Assembly: GCA_002269645.1 (NCBI GenBank)
Contig: NIVC01000150.1
Location: forward strand, 1-64,000
Length of the DNA: 64,000 nt
Source of the DNA: Macrostomum lignano
Taxonomy: Eukaryota
Reading direction: 5' to 3'
Shown: positions 1 through 13,354 of the stretch, one piece after another
Layout of the letters: each line of letters starts with the position of its first letter
How positions within the stretch are numbered: the first letter of the stretch is position 1
Made by a program: the position numbers and the translations under genes
Notes under the pieces: generated by a model
The model's database searches: none
What the model saw: only the letters and a program-made list of their open reading frames with translations
Told to the model about the DNA's origin: nothing

Positions 1-20
1 ACACCAGGAATGATCCTTTT

Positions 21-1130
21 AAACTCCAATAACTCAGGCTGTAGACTCCAATGCTTCAGGCTGTAGACTCCAATGCTTCAGGCTGTAGACTCCAATGCTT
101 CAGGCTGTAGACTCTAGTACTTGAGGCTGTAAACTCCAATATTTCAGGCTGTAGACTCCAATACTTCAGGCTGTAGACTCCAATACTTCAGGCTGTAGAC
201 TCCAATACTTCAGGCTGTAGACTCCAATACTTCAGGCTGTAGACTCTAGTACTTGAGGCTGTAAACTCCAATACTTCAGGCTGTAGACTCTAGTACTTGA
301 GGCTGTAAACTCCAATACTTCAGGCTGTAAACTCCAATACTTCAGGCTGTAGACTCCAATACTTCAGGCAGACTCCAATACTTCAGGCTGTAGACTCCAA
401 TACTTCAGGCTGTAGACTCTAGTACTTGAGGCTGTAAACTCCAATACTTCAGGCTGTAGACTCTAGTACTTGAGGCTGTAAACTCCAATACTTCAGGCTG
501 TAAACTCCAATACTTCAGGCTGTAGACTCCAATACTTCAGGCTGTAGACTCCAATACTTCAGGCTGTAGACTCTAGTACTTGAGGCTGTAAACTCCAATA
601 CTTCAGGCTGTAAACTCCAATACTTCAGGCTGTAAACTCCAATACTTCAGGCTGTAGACTCCAATACTTCAGGCTGTAGACTCCAATACTTCAGGCTGTA
701 GACTCTAGTACTTGAGGCTGTAAACTCCAATACTTCAGGCTGTAGACTCTAGTACTTGAGGCTGTAAATTCCAATACTTCAGGCTGTAGACTCCAATGCT
801 TCAGGCTGTAGACTCCAATACTTCAGGCTGTAAACTCCAATACTTCAGGCTGTAGACTCCAATACTTCAGGCTGTAAACTCCAATACTTCAGGCTGTAGA
901 CTCCAATGCTTCAGGCTGTAGACTCCAATGCTTCAGGCTGTAGACTCCAATACTTCAGGCTGTAAACTTCAATACTTCAGGCTGTAGACTCCAATGCTTC
1001 AGGCTGTAAACTCCAATACTTCAGGCTGTAGACTCCAATGCTTCAGGCTGTAGACTCCAATACTTCAGGCTGTAAACTTCAATACTTCAGGCTGTAGACT
1101 CCTATGCTTCAGGCTGTAGACTCCAATGCT
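21..1130. repeat. 22-bp minisatellite (CTCCAATACTTCAGGCTGTAGA), ~50 copies
   Basis: Unit recurs with period 22 (GACTC at 44 and 66); a few variant units (CTCTAGTACTTGAGG). Confidence 0.95.
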
Positions 1131-1574
1131 AAAAGCAGCACAGAACATCAAAGTTTACAAACTTCAGCTTCAAAGCTCAGTCCACGCTGACCCCAGAGAG
1201 ATTTGACCTCTGCAGCGCACAGCGCAATGCACAGATCTGTCACAGTTCGGCATGCAATCAAGTGAGATTTTGATTCGTCACAAGATCGCAGAGGGGCGCC
1301 CTGATAGCTGCTGGTACATGCGGATGGTCTGTCCGTCTATCCGACCCCATCTTCATCAAGACCGGCTGTCAAATACTGCGAGTCGCGCAAACAGCTGACC
1401 TCAGCAGTTCACGCGGACACGGAAGCCCCACCGCCCGTGTCCTCCCCTCCTTTCTTAGTTTTGTCTTTTCTGCGAGAATCTTTTTAAGCGCTGGTGTTTG
1501 TTAAAAAATTGTGACTAGCTCGTAATAATATATATCTAAATGCAGCCCAAATGGCGAAAACGAAGCGGGACGAT

Positions 1575-2402
1575 GGGAGAGGTGAGGGTGAGAGGGTGAG
1601 AGTGAGAGGGGTGAGAGTGGGAGAGGTGAGAGTGAGAGGGTGAGAGGGGTGAGAGTGAGAGGGGTGAGAGTGGGAGAGGTGAGAGTGAGAGGGGTGATAG
1701 GGAGAGGGAGAGAAGGGTGAGAGGGGTGAGAGGGGTGAAAGAGGTGGAGGGAGAGGGGTGAGAGGGAGAGGGTGAGGGAGAGAAGGTGAGAGGGGTGAGA
1801 GGGGTGAGAGGAGAGAGTGAGAGGGAGAGGGGAGGGGAGAGGGGTGAGAGGGTGAAAGGGGTGAGAGGGAGACGGGTGAGAGTGAGAGAGGTGAGAAGGA
1901 GAGAGTTGCGAATGAGAGGGGTAAAAGGGAGAGGGGTGAGAGGGAGAGGGGTGAGAGTGAGAGGGTGAGAGGGAGAGGGAGAGGGAGAAAGGGAGAGGGG
2001 TGAGAGTGAGAGGGGTGAGAGTGAGAGGGGTGAGAGTGAGAGGAGTGAGAGTGAGAGGGGTGAGAGTGAGAGGGGTGAGAGTGAGAGGGGTGAGAGTGAG
2101 AGGGGTGAGAGTGAGAGGGGTGAGAGTGAGAGGGGTGAGAGTGAGAGGGGTGAGAGTGAGAGGGTGAGAGGGAGAGGAGAGGGAGAAAGGGAGAGGGGTG
2201 AGAGTGAGAGGGTGAGAGAGGAGAGGGTGAGAGTGAGAGGGGTGAGAGTGAGAGGGGTGAGAGTGAGAGGGGTGAGAGTGAGAGGGGTGAGAGTGAGAGG
2301 AGTGAGAGTGAGAGGGGTGAGAGTGAGAGGGGTGAGAGTGAGAGGGGTGAGAGTGAGAGGGGTGAGAGTGAGAGGGTGAGAGTGAGAGGGGTGAGAGTGA
2401 GA
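1575..2402. repeat. GA-rich low-complexity tract / 15-bp GTGAGAGTGAGAGGG array
   Basis: Purine-rich tandem; explains the VRVRG pseudo-ORFs. Confidence 0.9.
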
Positions 2403-2974
2403 AGTATTAAGGGAAATATGTTACATTCGAGCTCAATGTAGTCAGTTGTTTTGTTTCAGAATTTCCAACATTTCCAAGTTGATCTGACAGATGAGGCGCT
2501 CAGCTTGATTCTGCAAGATTCCTAATTAATGGTTGCAGTGTATAACAGTTATAAGCATATTTGGTCTGCTTCTCTTTGTCCCTTCGATCTACCGCACTAT
2601 TCAGCAGATCCCAGTTGAAGCAGTTTAACAAAACCCGCTCGGGATCGTCTGCTCATCTTCTACTAAAAGCAGAAATCGATTAGGGCATGAGAAGAAAGAA
2701 CAGCAGTTCGCAGAAGACACGGGAGAGCGCACACTTGCTGCCAGGAAAATCCATAGCTACCCAGCTTTTTTACGCTTCTGCTTCAAAAGAGACGGTCGCT
2801 TCCAAGCCAAGAATTGTTTCCTTCTGCTTCTGCTCTTTTGCTGCAGGACTTTTAAAAAATGCAGCCTCTTTCTCTTGAGCATGAGGCGGCAAACTCCGGC
2901 CCGCCAAGCCTCTCTATCCGGCCCTCGGGTCCTTTGAAACTTCACAATAGCAATCCGAGGTCGGTGTCTCGTCT

Positions 2975-3240
2975 CAGCTTTCGTCTCTTCCCTCTGCTCT
3001 TTTCTCTCTCCCCTCTTCTATTCTCTCCTCTCTCCTCCTCTGTTCTCCCCCTCTTCCCTCCTCCCTTCTCTCCTCCCTCCCCTTTTCTCTCCTCTTTTTT
3101 CTCTCCTCTCATCTAATCTCCTCTCTCTTCCATTCTTCTCTCTTATTTCATCTCTCTTTTCATCTAATCTCTTGCTTCTCGCCTCTTATCTCTTATCTCC
3201 TCTTTCCTCCTGTCTCACCTCTGTTCCCTCTGCTCTCTCA
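2975..3240. repeat. CT-rich low-complexity tract
   Basis: Almost pure pyrimidine sequence. Confidence 0.85.
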
Positions 3241-4175
3241 TCTGGCCGTTTAGGTAGGCACAGCGGTTTGACCCATTCCTGCTGTAGAAGCAGGTGCATC
3301 AGCATGGAAACCAGTGGAACTTTCCCTATTTGCCAGTTCAAAAATTCTTTTGGCAAGTTTTTCATCTGTAAAAGTCGCAATTCAGCGAAGCCTTAAAAAC
3401 ATGCGAAAAAAAGATTTTAAAAAAGCATTTTTTGCTAAAAGAGACTCGCCAGCAGGTTTAAACGCGCCACCGAAAGACACAGAAAAAAGCAAATTTTAAC
3501 AGACTATCTAAAAGAAGAGAGAAATACATGACTTGCCAGCCAAGCCTGCAGCTCCCACAGCCCTCAGGGGCATGCGGCAGACTCCTGGAATCTGGAGGGA
3601 AAGGAAGGGTTCAAGTGACTCCCAAACTGTCTGCCTACTGCCCCGCTATCTTAATTCGACCATGGCTTCGAAAAAGCAACTATTCGGCTCTGCTGCGGGG
3701 GGGGCGGCGCCAAGACAACGGATGCCTGCGCGACGTGGGCCCGGAGAAGCAAAAACAGTTTTTCTGCTTTTTTGCGACCCCGACTTGTCCCAGAGATGTA
3801 TCCGCGACCGAGGGAATTAATTCCCGACCCCCGACCCCCCCCCAACCCCACCGACTCCAATAAGCGAAGCAATAAAAGTCCCATTGGAATTCGAACACAA
3901 ATTGATGTATACAGAAAGCCAGTTGGTCTTCAGATGTGACCGCCGGTGGTCAATCAGCCCGCAGCCTGTGCACCCCCTGAAGGATTACAAAACACTGGCG
4001 AAGCTGCCCGGTTTCTGGGAACTGCAATCGCTTTGTGCTGTCTTGCTGGCTGCGGGCCTGATGAACTCTATAAAAAATAGCCTCACTTTTCCCTGTCTTC
4101 ATTTTTCTGTTGCTTTTTTATACCGTGGGGTCCGTGGCTTTTTAGCTGCCTAATTGACTGTGATTGCTGACTTCT

Positions 4176-4206
<31 letters not shown>

Positions 4207-4259
4207 TTTTTCTATTTTATATTTTCAGCGATTCCGGGACCCGATATGACTCACTCAGT

Positions 4260-4890
4260 TCGTTTCCTTCTCCCATTCTCCCTCTCCCTTCTCCGGTCCT
4301 ATCCTCCTCCCTCTCACTCCTCTCCTTCTAACTAACCCTCTCCCTTTCACTCCTCTCCTTCTAACTAACCCTCTCCCTCTCACTCCTCTCCTTCTAACTA
4401 ACCCTCTCCCTCTCACTCCTCTCCTTCTAACTAACCCTCTCCCTCTCACTCCTCTCCTTCTAACTAACCCTCTCCCTCTCACTCCTCTCCTTCTAACTAA
4501 CCCTCTCCCTCTCACTCCTCTCCTTCTAACTAACCCTCTCCCTCTCACTCCTCTCCTTCTAACTAACCCTCTCCCTCTCACTCCTCTCCTTCTAACTAAC
4601 CCTCTCCCTATTACCCCTCGCCCTCTCCCTCTCACTCCTCTTCCTCCCACCCCTCTCCCTCTCACTCCTCTCCCTCTAACTAACCCCTCTCCCTCTCCCT
4701 CCTCTCCCTCTCACACCTCTCCCTCTCACACCTCTCCCTCTCACTCCTCTCCCTCTCACTCCTCTCCCTCTCACTCCTCTTCCTCACACTCTTCTCCCTC
4801 TAACTAACCCCTCTCCCTCCCACACCTCTCCCTCTCACTCCTCTCCCTCCCACACCTCTCCCTCTCACTCCTCTCTCTCCCACCCCTCTT
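4260..4890. repeat. CT-rich array including a 33-bp unit (TCTCACTCCTCTCCTTCTAACTAACCCTCTCCC); (TG)n at ~4176-4204 just upstream
   Basis: Visible tandem; source of the RGRGLVRRRGV antisense ORF. Confidence 0.9.
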
Positions 4891-5611
4891 CCTATCTTTA
4901 AAATTCAACTCCTCATTAATCTGCCTCATTACACGTAGCCAGATGCACATTGCTTACTAAGCAAGTTGCTCCGACACACTGAGCTCTTCTAACCTGCTCT
5001 GCCGGCCGTTTCCCAATTCGATCGAAATTGCATTCAAATCCCAAATTCTCCTGTCAGACAAAAGACACACAGGCGCTTTTAAAACATTGCTCCAACTGCA
5101 GAGTGGGATTATTATCCCATCAACAAATCGGACAAGTCCAATGCACAGTCAGGCTTCTAAGAGGTGGGAAGAGGATCCTAATGAATAATCCATGAGCAGC
5201 ACCTAGCGAGGAAACTCCATGATGTCTAACAAATGCTGCTGCCTAATACCTGACACCTCCAGTCGTGGGAGGGAAGAGTTTCCTCACACCTTTACTGGGG
5301 ATAACAGGGGATTCCCTCCTACAGTGTTTGAGCTTTATTATTCCCATTGTACCCTGCCGGCGTGGAGTACAAAGGATGGTGAGGAGCGGCGGCGAGATTG
5401 AGCTGAGACACAGGCATGGAGGAGACAATGGGGAAGCGGGCGGGAACAGTTTTGATGAGGCTTGCAGTTTCCAGTCAATTTATTCAAGAGGCTCAGTTCT
5501 AGCAAACACAATACTGAAACTGAACAAGGGAGTTGGCAATTATTTGTCACGGAACTGGCAGCTCAGCAGTCTGCGCTTCTTGGCGATTTCCTGTAAACTG
5601 GCCCTGAGTAG

Positions 5612-6226
5612 AGGAATAGAATGGATTGCTAATCTAGCCAGCATCACTGATGAAGGAATAGAATGGATTGTTAATCTAGCCAGCATCACTGATGAAGGAA
5701 TAGAATGGATTGTTAATCTAGCCAGCATCACTGATGAAGGAATATAATGGATTGCTAATCTAGCCAGCATCACTGATGAAGGAATAGAATGGATTGCTAA
5801 TCTAGCCAACATCACCGATGAAGGAATATAATGGATTGCTAATCTAGCCAGCATCACTGATGAAGGAATAGAATGGATTGCTAATCTAGCCAACATCACC
5901 GATGAAGGAATATAATGGATTGCTAATCTAGCCAGCATCACTGATGAAGGAATAGAATGGATTGCTAATCTAGCCAGCATCACTGATGAAGGAATATAAT
6001 GGATTGCTAATCTAGCCAACATCACTGATGAAGGAATACAATGGATTGCTAATCTAGCCAGCATCACTGATGAAGGAATAGAATGGATTGCTAATCTAGC
6101 CGGCATCACTGATGAAGGAATAGAATGGATTGCTAATCTAGCCAGCATCACTGATGAAGGAATAGATTGGATTGCTAATCTAGCCAACATCACCGATGAA
6201 GGAATAGAATGGATTGCTAATCTAGC
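5612..6226. repeat. 42-bp minisatellite (GAAGGAATAGAATGGATTGCTAATCTAGCCAGCATCACTGAT), ~14 copies
   Basis: 14-aa periodicity in the overlapping ORFs matches a 42-bp unit. Confidence 0.95.
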
Positions 6227-7199
6227 AGATATTCCCCCCCCAAACCGACTTCCAGGCCCCACGAAGATACCTGATGGACTCGAACCAGCTCCCTGCAGCA
6301 GAGCAGCACGGGTTGGGTGAGTGACTTGAATCGAGCTTTTCAGCCCGGAGTTCCGGACCACCCAGCCAAGCCACATCAGCGGATAAAAGCAGCAAAGCAA
6401 TTTACTGGATTCTCTTGCACACTTACCTACGAAAGCAGAGGCGCAAAAAATCGCAGAACTTTCCCTAATGGGACTAACGATTCGGGGAATTATCCCCAGA
6501 AGAGCGATGACAAAATTGATAGGCCAAGGAGAAAAGGTGTCCAGCGCGGCGGGGCAGCCCATCAGTCATCTCATTTGGCTAATAAGTTATCGAGGCGCAT
6601 CACGGATCCCCACCTGAGAGGCTGCGGGATAATCGGCATGGGATAAAAATCTTTACTTTTCTTTCTCCCACCTGTCTCCCCCCTACCGTTCCACCCCCCC
6701 CCTCTCTCCTGGGATGACAGGAAAATACGCAAGTGTGTTAATATAATGCCTCACAAAAGAGGCTCGGAAGAAGAAGGCCTTTGTCACTTGCACCTTGACT
6801 GGCTGACGGGCCCTGCACCTCAGGGCACAATGAGGCAGATTGCCCAAGACCCAGATAGTTACAGTGCACCTGAAACCGTATTGTTAATGTTAATAATATT
6901 ATTATTGTTTGAAGATTAACATGAAAGCTTCGGGGATGCACAACCAATCGATTAATCATCATCTTCGCGTCCACCTATCGTCGCTTCACGCCCCTCACTC
7001 ACTGCCCCTCGCGCTCGTGCAGTATCAAAAGCCAAGGAAGCAGCCGCCCTCAGCCAGCAATGGTGGTCGCAGCCATCAATCAGAAAATTAGTAGCGAGTC
7101 AACTTCACATTTTTATACTCGTAGATCATAAATACAGCATGGCTGAATATTTGTCTTAATTGTGGGCCTCTCGTGACTGACAATGAAAAGAGCCAACCT

Positions 7200-8190
7200 T
7201 GAAAGAAGCGCCAACCCTAGAAGCGCCAACCCTAGAAGAAGCGCCAACCCCAGAAGAAGCGCCAACCCCAGAAGAAGTGCCAACCCCAGAAGAAGCGCCA
7301 ACCCCAGAAGAAGCGCCAACCCCAGAAGAAGCGCCAACCCCAGAAGAAGCGCCAACCCTAGAAGCGCCAACAACCAGAAAAAGCGTCAACCCTAGAAAAA
7401 GCGCTAACCCTAGAAACGCCAACCCTAGAAGAAGCGCCAACCCCAGAAGAAGCGCCAACCCCAGAAGAAGCGCCAACCCCAGAAGAAGCGCCAACCCCAG
7501 AAGAAGCGCCAACCCCAGAAGAAGCGCCAACCCTAGAAGAAGCGCCAACCCCAGAAGAAGCGCCAACCCTAGAAGAAGCGCCAACCCCAGAAGAAGCGCC
7601 AACCCTAGAAAAAGCGCCAACCCCAGAAGAAGCGCCAACCCTAGAAGAAGCGCCAACCCCAGAAGAAGCGCCAACCCCAGAAGAAACGCCAACCCTAGAA
7701 GAAACGCCAGCCCCAGAAGAAACGCCAGCCCCAGAAGAAGCGCCAACCCCAGAAGCGCCAACCCCAGAAGCGCCAACCCCAGAAGCGCCAACCCCAGAAG
7801 CGCCAACCCCAGAAGCGCCAACCCCAGAAGAAGCGCCAACCCCAGAAGAAACGCCAACCCCAGAAGAAGCGCCAACCCCAGAAGAAGCGCCAACCCCAGA
7901 AGAAGCGCCAACCCTAGAAGAAGCGCCAACCCAGAAGAAGCGCCAACCCCAGAAGAAGCGCCAACTCTAGAAGAAGCGCCAACCCCAGAAGAAGCACCAA
8001 CCCTAGAAGAAGCGCCAACCCTAGAAGAAGCGCCAACCCCAGAAGAAGCGCCAACCCTAGAAGAAGCGCCAACCCTAGAAGAAGCGCCAACCCTAGAAGA
8101 AGCGCCAACCCTAGAAGAAGCGCCAACCCCAGAAGAAGCGCCAACCCCAAAAGAAACGCCAACCCTAGAAGAAACGCCAACCCTAGAAAA
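7200..8190 (+). repeat. 18-bp array (GAAGAAGCGCCAACCCCA), reading EEAPTP or RRSANP; coding status uncertain
   Basis: Tandem unit visible; open frame 7199-8206 but no verified start or splice context. Confidence 0.85.
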
Positions 8191-8871
8191 GCTTGAAAGC
8201 CACTAGCTATGCTGAGTTTGCTCAAAAAGAGAGGTTGAGGGGCTGTGAAATTGAAAATAGCACAGGAGCTTCAGCAGAGAAAAAACGATGGACGGCAGCA
8301 TGACGCACTGCATGCAGCAGTTTTCAAAATTTTCAATTGCTCTTTTGTTATAATTTTTCGCGCCCATTCAGTGTGAGCACGTTTCTGCAGCCTCTTCAGT
8401 TAGAGAGAGATGGGGAGAGGCGGGAGAGGAGCAGCTCAGCGATGAAAGTGGAATCCCTCCTTTGTCGACTGCACGAGAGTCTCCCAAGAAAAGGCCCTCG
8501 AGGCGGGGGGGGGGTTAATACTCCTGATTCCTCAACTGTAATTCCCACAGCTAAGCTCTTTTCAAATCCCCTTTTGTTGGTCGCTCGAACGCTCTCCAAA
8601 GGTGAGCACGGCGAGCCTCTCGTATTTCTCTTTTTCTAACCCCAGATGAAGATAAATTGCCTGCTCTCCGAGCAAAATCTCCCATGGGAAATTTCCCCGC
8701 GGGGCTTCGAGTCTCGGGATTCACAAAATCTGCTACCATACGATTACCAGATTACTGGGAGAGGGGATCAAGGAGAGCAGCTGAAGCCTCTTGTGATAAT
8801 GTTGGCATCTGCGACACAGATTTCACAATTCTTTGTGCGCACAAACAAGCCAAGGAGTTCCAAGACTATAT

Positions 8872-9045
8872 AATCTGGAATGTAAACTGTTGCATGAACA
8901 GCCATGGAGTTTTAAATGATAGATGATCATAGAATCTGGAATGGAAACTGTTGCATGAGCAGCCGGGGATTTTAAATTATAGATGACCATAGAATCTGGA
9001 ATGGAAACTGTTGCATGAGCAGCCATGGACTTTTAAATTATAGAG
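8872..9045. repeat. ~60-bp tandem repeat, ~3 copies
   Basis: AATCTGGAATG(G/T)AAACTGTTGCATGA recurs three times at ~60-bp spacing. Confidence 0.8.
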
Positions 9046-11824
9046 CCATAAGAGCTCCATAAGATGAGCCAACTGAAGACTAAGATATGGAACCTGGAAT
9101 CGCCAATAATCACTCCGCTTGGTTTTCCATTCCAGGCAGCTACGACTTTATCTAGAAATCCATGACTGAGCAGATTGCGTGCTATCCGTAAATGCAACAG
9201 CGCAATATAAACTAAGAAACAAAACACGAGCCTATAGGATAATCCTTCACGGATCCACTTCAAATCAAAGCCGCAACCACAGACAGGCCACAGATGGCCG
9301 CAAACTTCCCTTTTCCTCCCAGATCCCCAAACTTATCTACCTAGCATGAATATAGCCATGGCTATTGGATGATGAAGAACGGGGGGTGGCGGGAGATTTA
9401 ATCCCTAGCTGGATCTATCTCGTGGAAACGGTCGAGCCATTATCAAGTGGGAATCCGGTAAGGGATATTATATATAGGGGGATATCCGATAGCGGATCAA
9501 GGATGAGAGAGCTACTTTGTATTGCGTTTTCATGGAGTAGACGAATAGAGCGAATGCACATCAAGTTCGGAGGGTTTGGAAAATATACGAGTCAGTGAAA
9601 GAGAATCAGAGAGAGAGAGAGAAAGAGTTCAACTGATAGTATTAGGCATCTGCATGTCGAGCGAAAGACGAATTAACTCGAAAATGGGAGCTCGCAAAGA
9701 TCGAATACTTGACTCGAGCGATTCGAGAGAATTAACGATATTAACCTTAATATAAGTGTTTTAGCTAAAGTTAGAAATTGCAACAATGAATTCGATTCTG
9801 GGGAATCCTGCATCCTTGAACAATATATGTCTGGGTGTTCTAAGATAGCTCCCACTGATTCTTTAATTTGTTTATGGAAGCGCTGACCGAACAATAACCA
9901 GAACCTTATATAATCCTGTTAGACTGCTTCAACCCACAGATTCGGATCCCAGAATATTCAGAGTGCAGCTTTAGCTAGGAGAGAGCAAAGATTAAGTTAA
10001 GTCCGATTCTAGGGGGGGGGGGGCAGAGGAGGGTCTGACCCACGCGCCTCAACCCCTGGTTTGATTCCCTACAAGGCCACATTCATTTGGTGCAGGTTAA
10101 GCAGCGTTGGCCATGGTTAGAACGCTGCCGAATAGCCTGACAAATGTATATACGCGGTCATATATACTCTCTATTTCATAAGCAGGTGTTCAGACAGGTT
10201 ACAACACTTAATTAGGAGCCACTTTTTCTCTTTTCAGCGCTTAGACGTCGTAGCATACCCAGCTTTTTAATCATACGGATACAACTCAGGGTTCTTCTAG
10301 TGCCTAATTGGCTGTTAAGCTTGGCTCCTTCCACAGCAACCAGCCTAATTAAAGAGACATTTACACTCATTAATAGAAAGCAAAAAATCAGACTTTTAAC
10401 GAAAGATCAAAGGTGCACTCAGGTGTGCCTATGATCTCAAAGAGGCAAGAAATTACACACGCTACTTTGCCACCTGCACCCCGGCTCTGAAGAATGGCAT
10501 GACTAGCATATGACTCCCTCATAGTGTTGGTATGCAAACGGATTCGCAAAGTTCTGTAGAATCCCAGTTTCATGACACAGGGGTTTTTGATTTTTGCGAA
10601 ATTCTACTAATTGGGCCCGCGCACTGAGCTGCTTGAGCGACTGTGCCGGCCCTTGATTCTAGATCAAGAAGAATGATTAAATCATAACTCACAGAGTACA
10701 CACGGAATTCGAAAGCTTAAACATAATTCTGTCAAATAATAGTAGTTTATAGAACAGAAGTAGAGCAATCAAAATAGCTGAGTCACACACTTCACACATG
10801 CCTTCTCCTCCTGCTCATAATCTTCCCTATCCTTACTCAAATTTGCACATTAGTGCCAACTTTATTTAATATCTACGGTTAATATTATATCATCAATCTC
10901 ACCATCGCACGCTTGAGTCTATAGATAAAGAGTATAGGAAGGAAAAGGCCCATTATTTTATCGCGAGAGAGAGAGAGAGAGAGAGCTGGCTGTGGTTATA
11001 GTGAGCATCTGCGGCTAAGGGATAAGCGGTATCGGAGAGCCCACACTGCAGGGTATCAGTTATCAAGTGACGATCAGTTAGTTATCGGTGAGCAGTTGCT
11101 TGCCCGCCCAGCCCGCGGGGCTAGCAAATAAATAGCGTATCAAGATTTAGAAACTCCCAAGTCAGTGAAGCGGAATTCTCGGGTTCCACTGTATGCATAT
11201 CTACCCAAAGTAGCGAATTGTACACTTATTAGCAAAAAACTCGTTTCAAACTCGCTCATTGCTACTCAAAATGTTCAAAAGTAGGCCTATTAGAGAGTCG
11301 TCATTGAATTTTGATGGAAATCAAGATTTGGCATTGTCGTAAAGCAAGCAGTGACTGGTTGGCGTGAATTGCGCATCTGCAATTTTGGGGCTTGTGCACA
11401 CACACCACGAAGTCCAAAATTACCTCCCCCCCCAAGGTAGAGAATGTACATGTCTGACGAATAGGCCAGGGCCGCTGTACGCCATGGATTTTATGGTGGT
11501 GGGGGGGGGACAAAGCCAAGAATTCTACATGAACATGTACATTTTTTCAGAATCGGTGTGTCAGTGCTCATTTTGGAGCCGCAGGCACTATATTTTATCG
11601 TCCTGAAGCAAAATCATCGATTTCCATTACGGGTCATAAGGTTTAGGTGAGGGAGACAATGCATGTCCCCGGTGGCGATGCCCCTGCGTGCAGTATACAT
11701 GCTCAAGAGTCAACGGAATGGGTGCCTGCAGCCCACCTGCAAATATTTCTATTGTTCTACCTTACCTCGTTAACTGAGAATTAGAACCCGACTCATTTCA
11801 AGCTTCAAATGCCAATCATTGCAG

Positions 11825-12330
11825 AGTACTTTCCGTTCAAAACGCTGGATAGAAGAATCTACCTACGCGAGGAGCCTTCGCAACAGCAGCATCTGATGCC
11901 AACGCCGCAGATGATGACAGGCGACAGCGGAGTCTACGGCGGCGGCGGCGGAGCAGTCGGGATCAACCACCGGCACTACCAGAGCCTGTACCACAGCCAG
12001 CGCCCCGACCCTCGCCGACAGCAGCAGGATCATCCCCTATTATCGCCGGCATTCGATCGGCCAACAACGGGTTTAATGATCGACTCGCAGGGGCAGAGGC
12101 GCTCCCTGCACAAGTCCGAGTCCGACTTGATGCAGCAGCAAGAGCAGCAGCAGTCATACGAGAACTGCTTCGACGGGCAGCAGCAAAATCCGCAACAGCA
12201 GCTGAGGCAGCAACGCCGCAGGCAGAGTACGAGAACTCTGCGCGTCGGCATCGACAGTCAGGACGCTGCCATGACGATGCAGAACAGCAATGGAAAGCCT
12301 TTCCCAGCTGTGCAGGCCAGCTTTGTGTAA
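11825..12330 (+). CDS. Probable terminal exon of an unidentified protein (Gln-rich, C-terminal ..QASFV)
   Basis: Acceptor ATTGCAG at 11824; GC-rich codon-like composition; 168 open codons to TAA. Upstream exons not established. Confidence 0.65.
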
Positions 12331-13354
12331 TGCACACGCACATAAACATAAACAGCTTAATGTATGCATGGTCATTGGCGCCACAAGCTATGTGTAGCTT
12401 TTGTAATGCTAACTTAAAAGACGGACATGTCTAATTTCTAGGCTGGCTTGTCCCCTCAGTCGGAAATTTGCGTGTTGTCTCTGGCATAACCTGTCTTTGT
12501 TATTTTAGGCTTTCAAATTTGGGTGTCCGTTATAGGCACGTGCATATTCAAGGGTCATTTAAACTAGGTCAGGGACACTGGTCGAGGATGTCCACCAGTT
12601 GAGACTTTTCCATGACTGTTAAGGCTTGATCAAGTGTCCATGGTGCCAACGGCTGAAGGTCCAGAAACTCCACCAGAGTGAAGGCCAAGGCGACCAACAA
12701 AGTCAGAGCTGATGCAGACACATGTGCTCGACGCGCAGATGAAATTTGGAGGCTGCGCTGAGCAAGGTTGCGCTGAGGCGCAGTGCTGATTGGCGATCCG
12801 ACCTTCTTGCAGAATCGTTGAATATCTTGCCGATCCAGAGAGCTGGCGACTTAAATCTTAGTATGAGAAGGCGTGCAACAACAAGTTTCTTGAATTTCCT
12901 GTGCCTGCGTTGCTCCGTTCCGGCGCAGCAAGAAAAATTCAGGGTATCCCCGCTGGTGGCTAATTATGAGATTAACGGAAGTTTAAATACTTTGCTATTT
13001 GACAGACTGAGCCTTCAAATGTTTTGTAAGAAACTTGCAGTAGCCCCTCTTGAGTGAAGAGTCCTTAAATATCATTACTTGTTATAAACCAACATAATAC
13101 AAAACGATTGCTGACTTAATAATGCATATATAAAAATTGTGCAGGAAATTATAATTAGTTTAATCACCACCGCTTATCATTTTGATATATGTATATAGGA
13201 GTAAGGAGTTGTTTTGGCATAAAAATACACTGACAGCTTTGACTGCTACAATTCTGCTTCAGAATGCCACTGTGAAATTGTCTTATCCAAGTTTGACGCA
13301 GATAATTACAGAACAAAGACCAACACACAGTAAATGCTCTAAAAGATACCCTAA

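Noticed and set aside
183-200. Shared 11-mer AATACTTCAGG between the 22-bp array and the 33-bp array at 45-46.6 kb
   Set aside because: The rest of the units is unrelated; compatible with chance.
12590-12960. GC-rich exon-like segment; one minus frame has an EB-like Cys pattern and another has a hydrophobic stretch
   Set aside because: Several frames look equally plausible, each has stops, and there are no convincing splice boundaries; cannot be called without transcripts.
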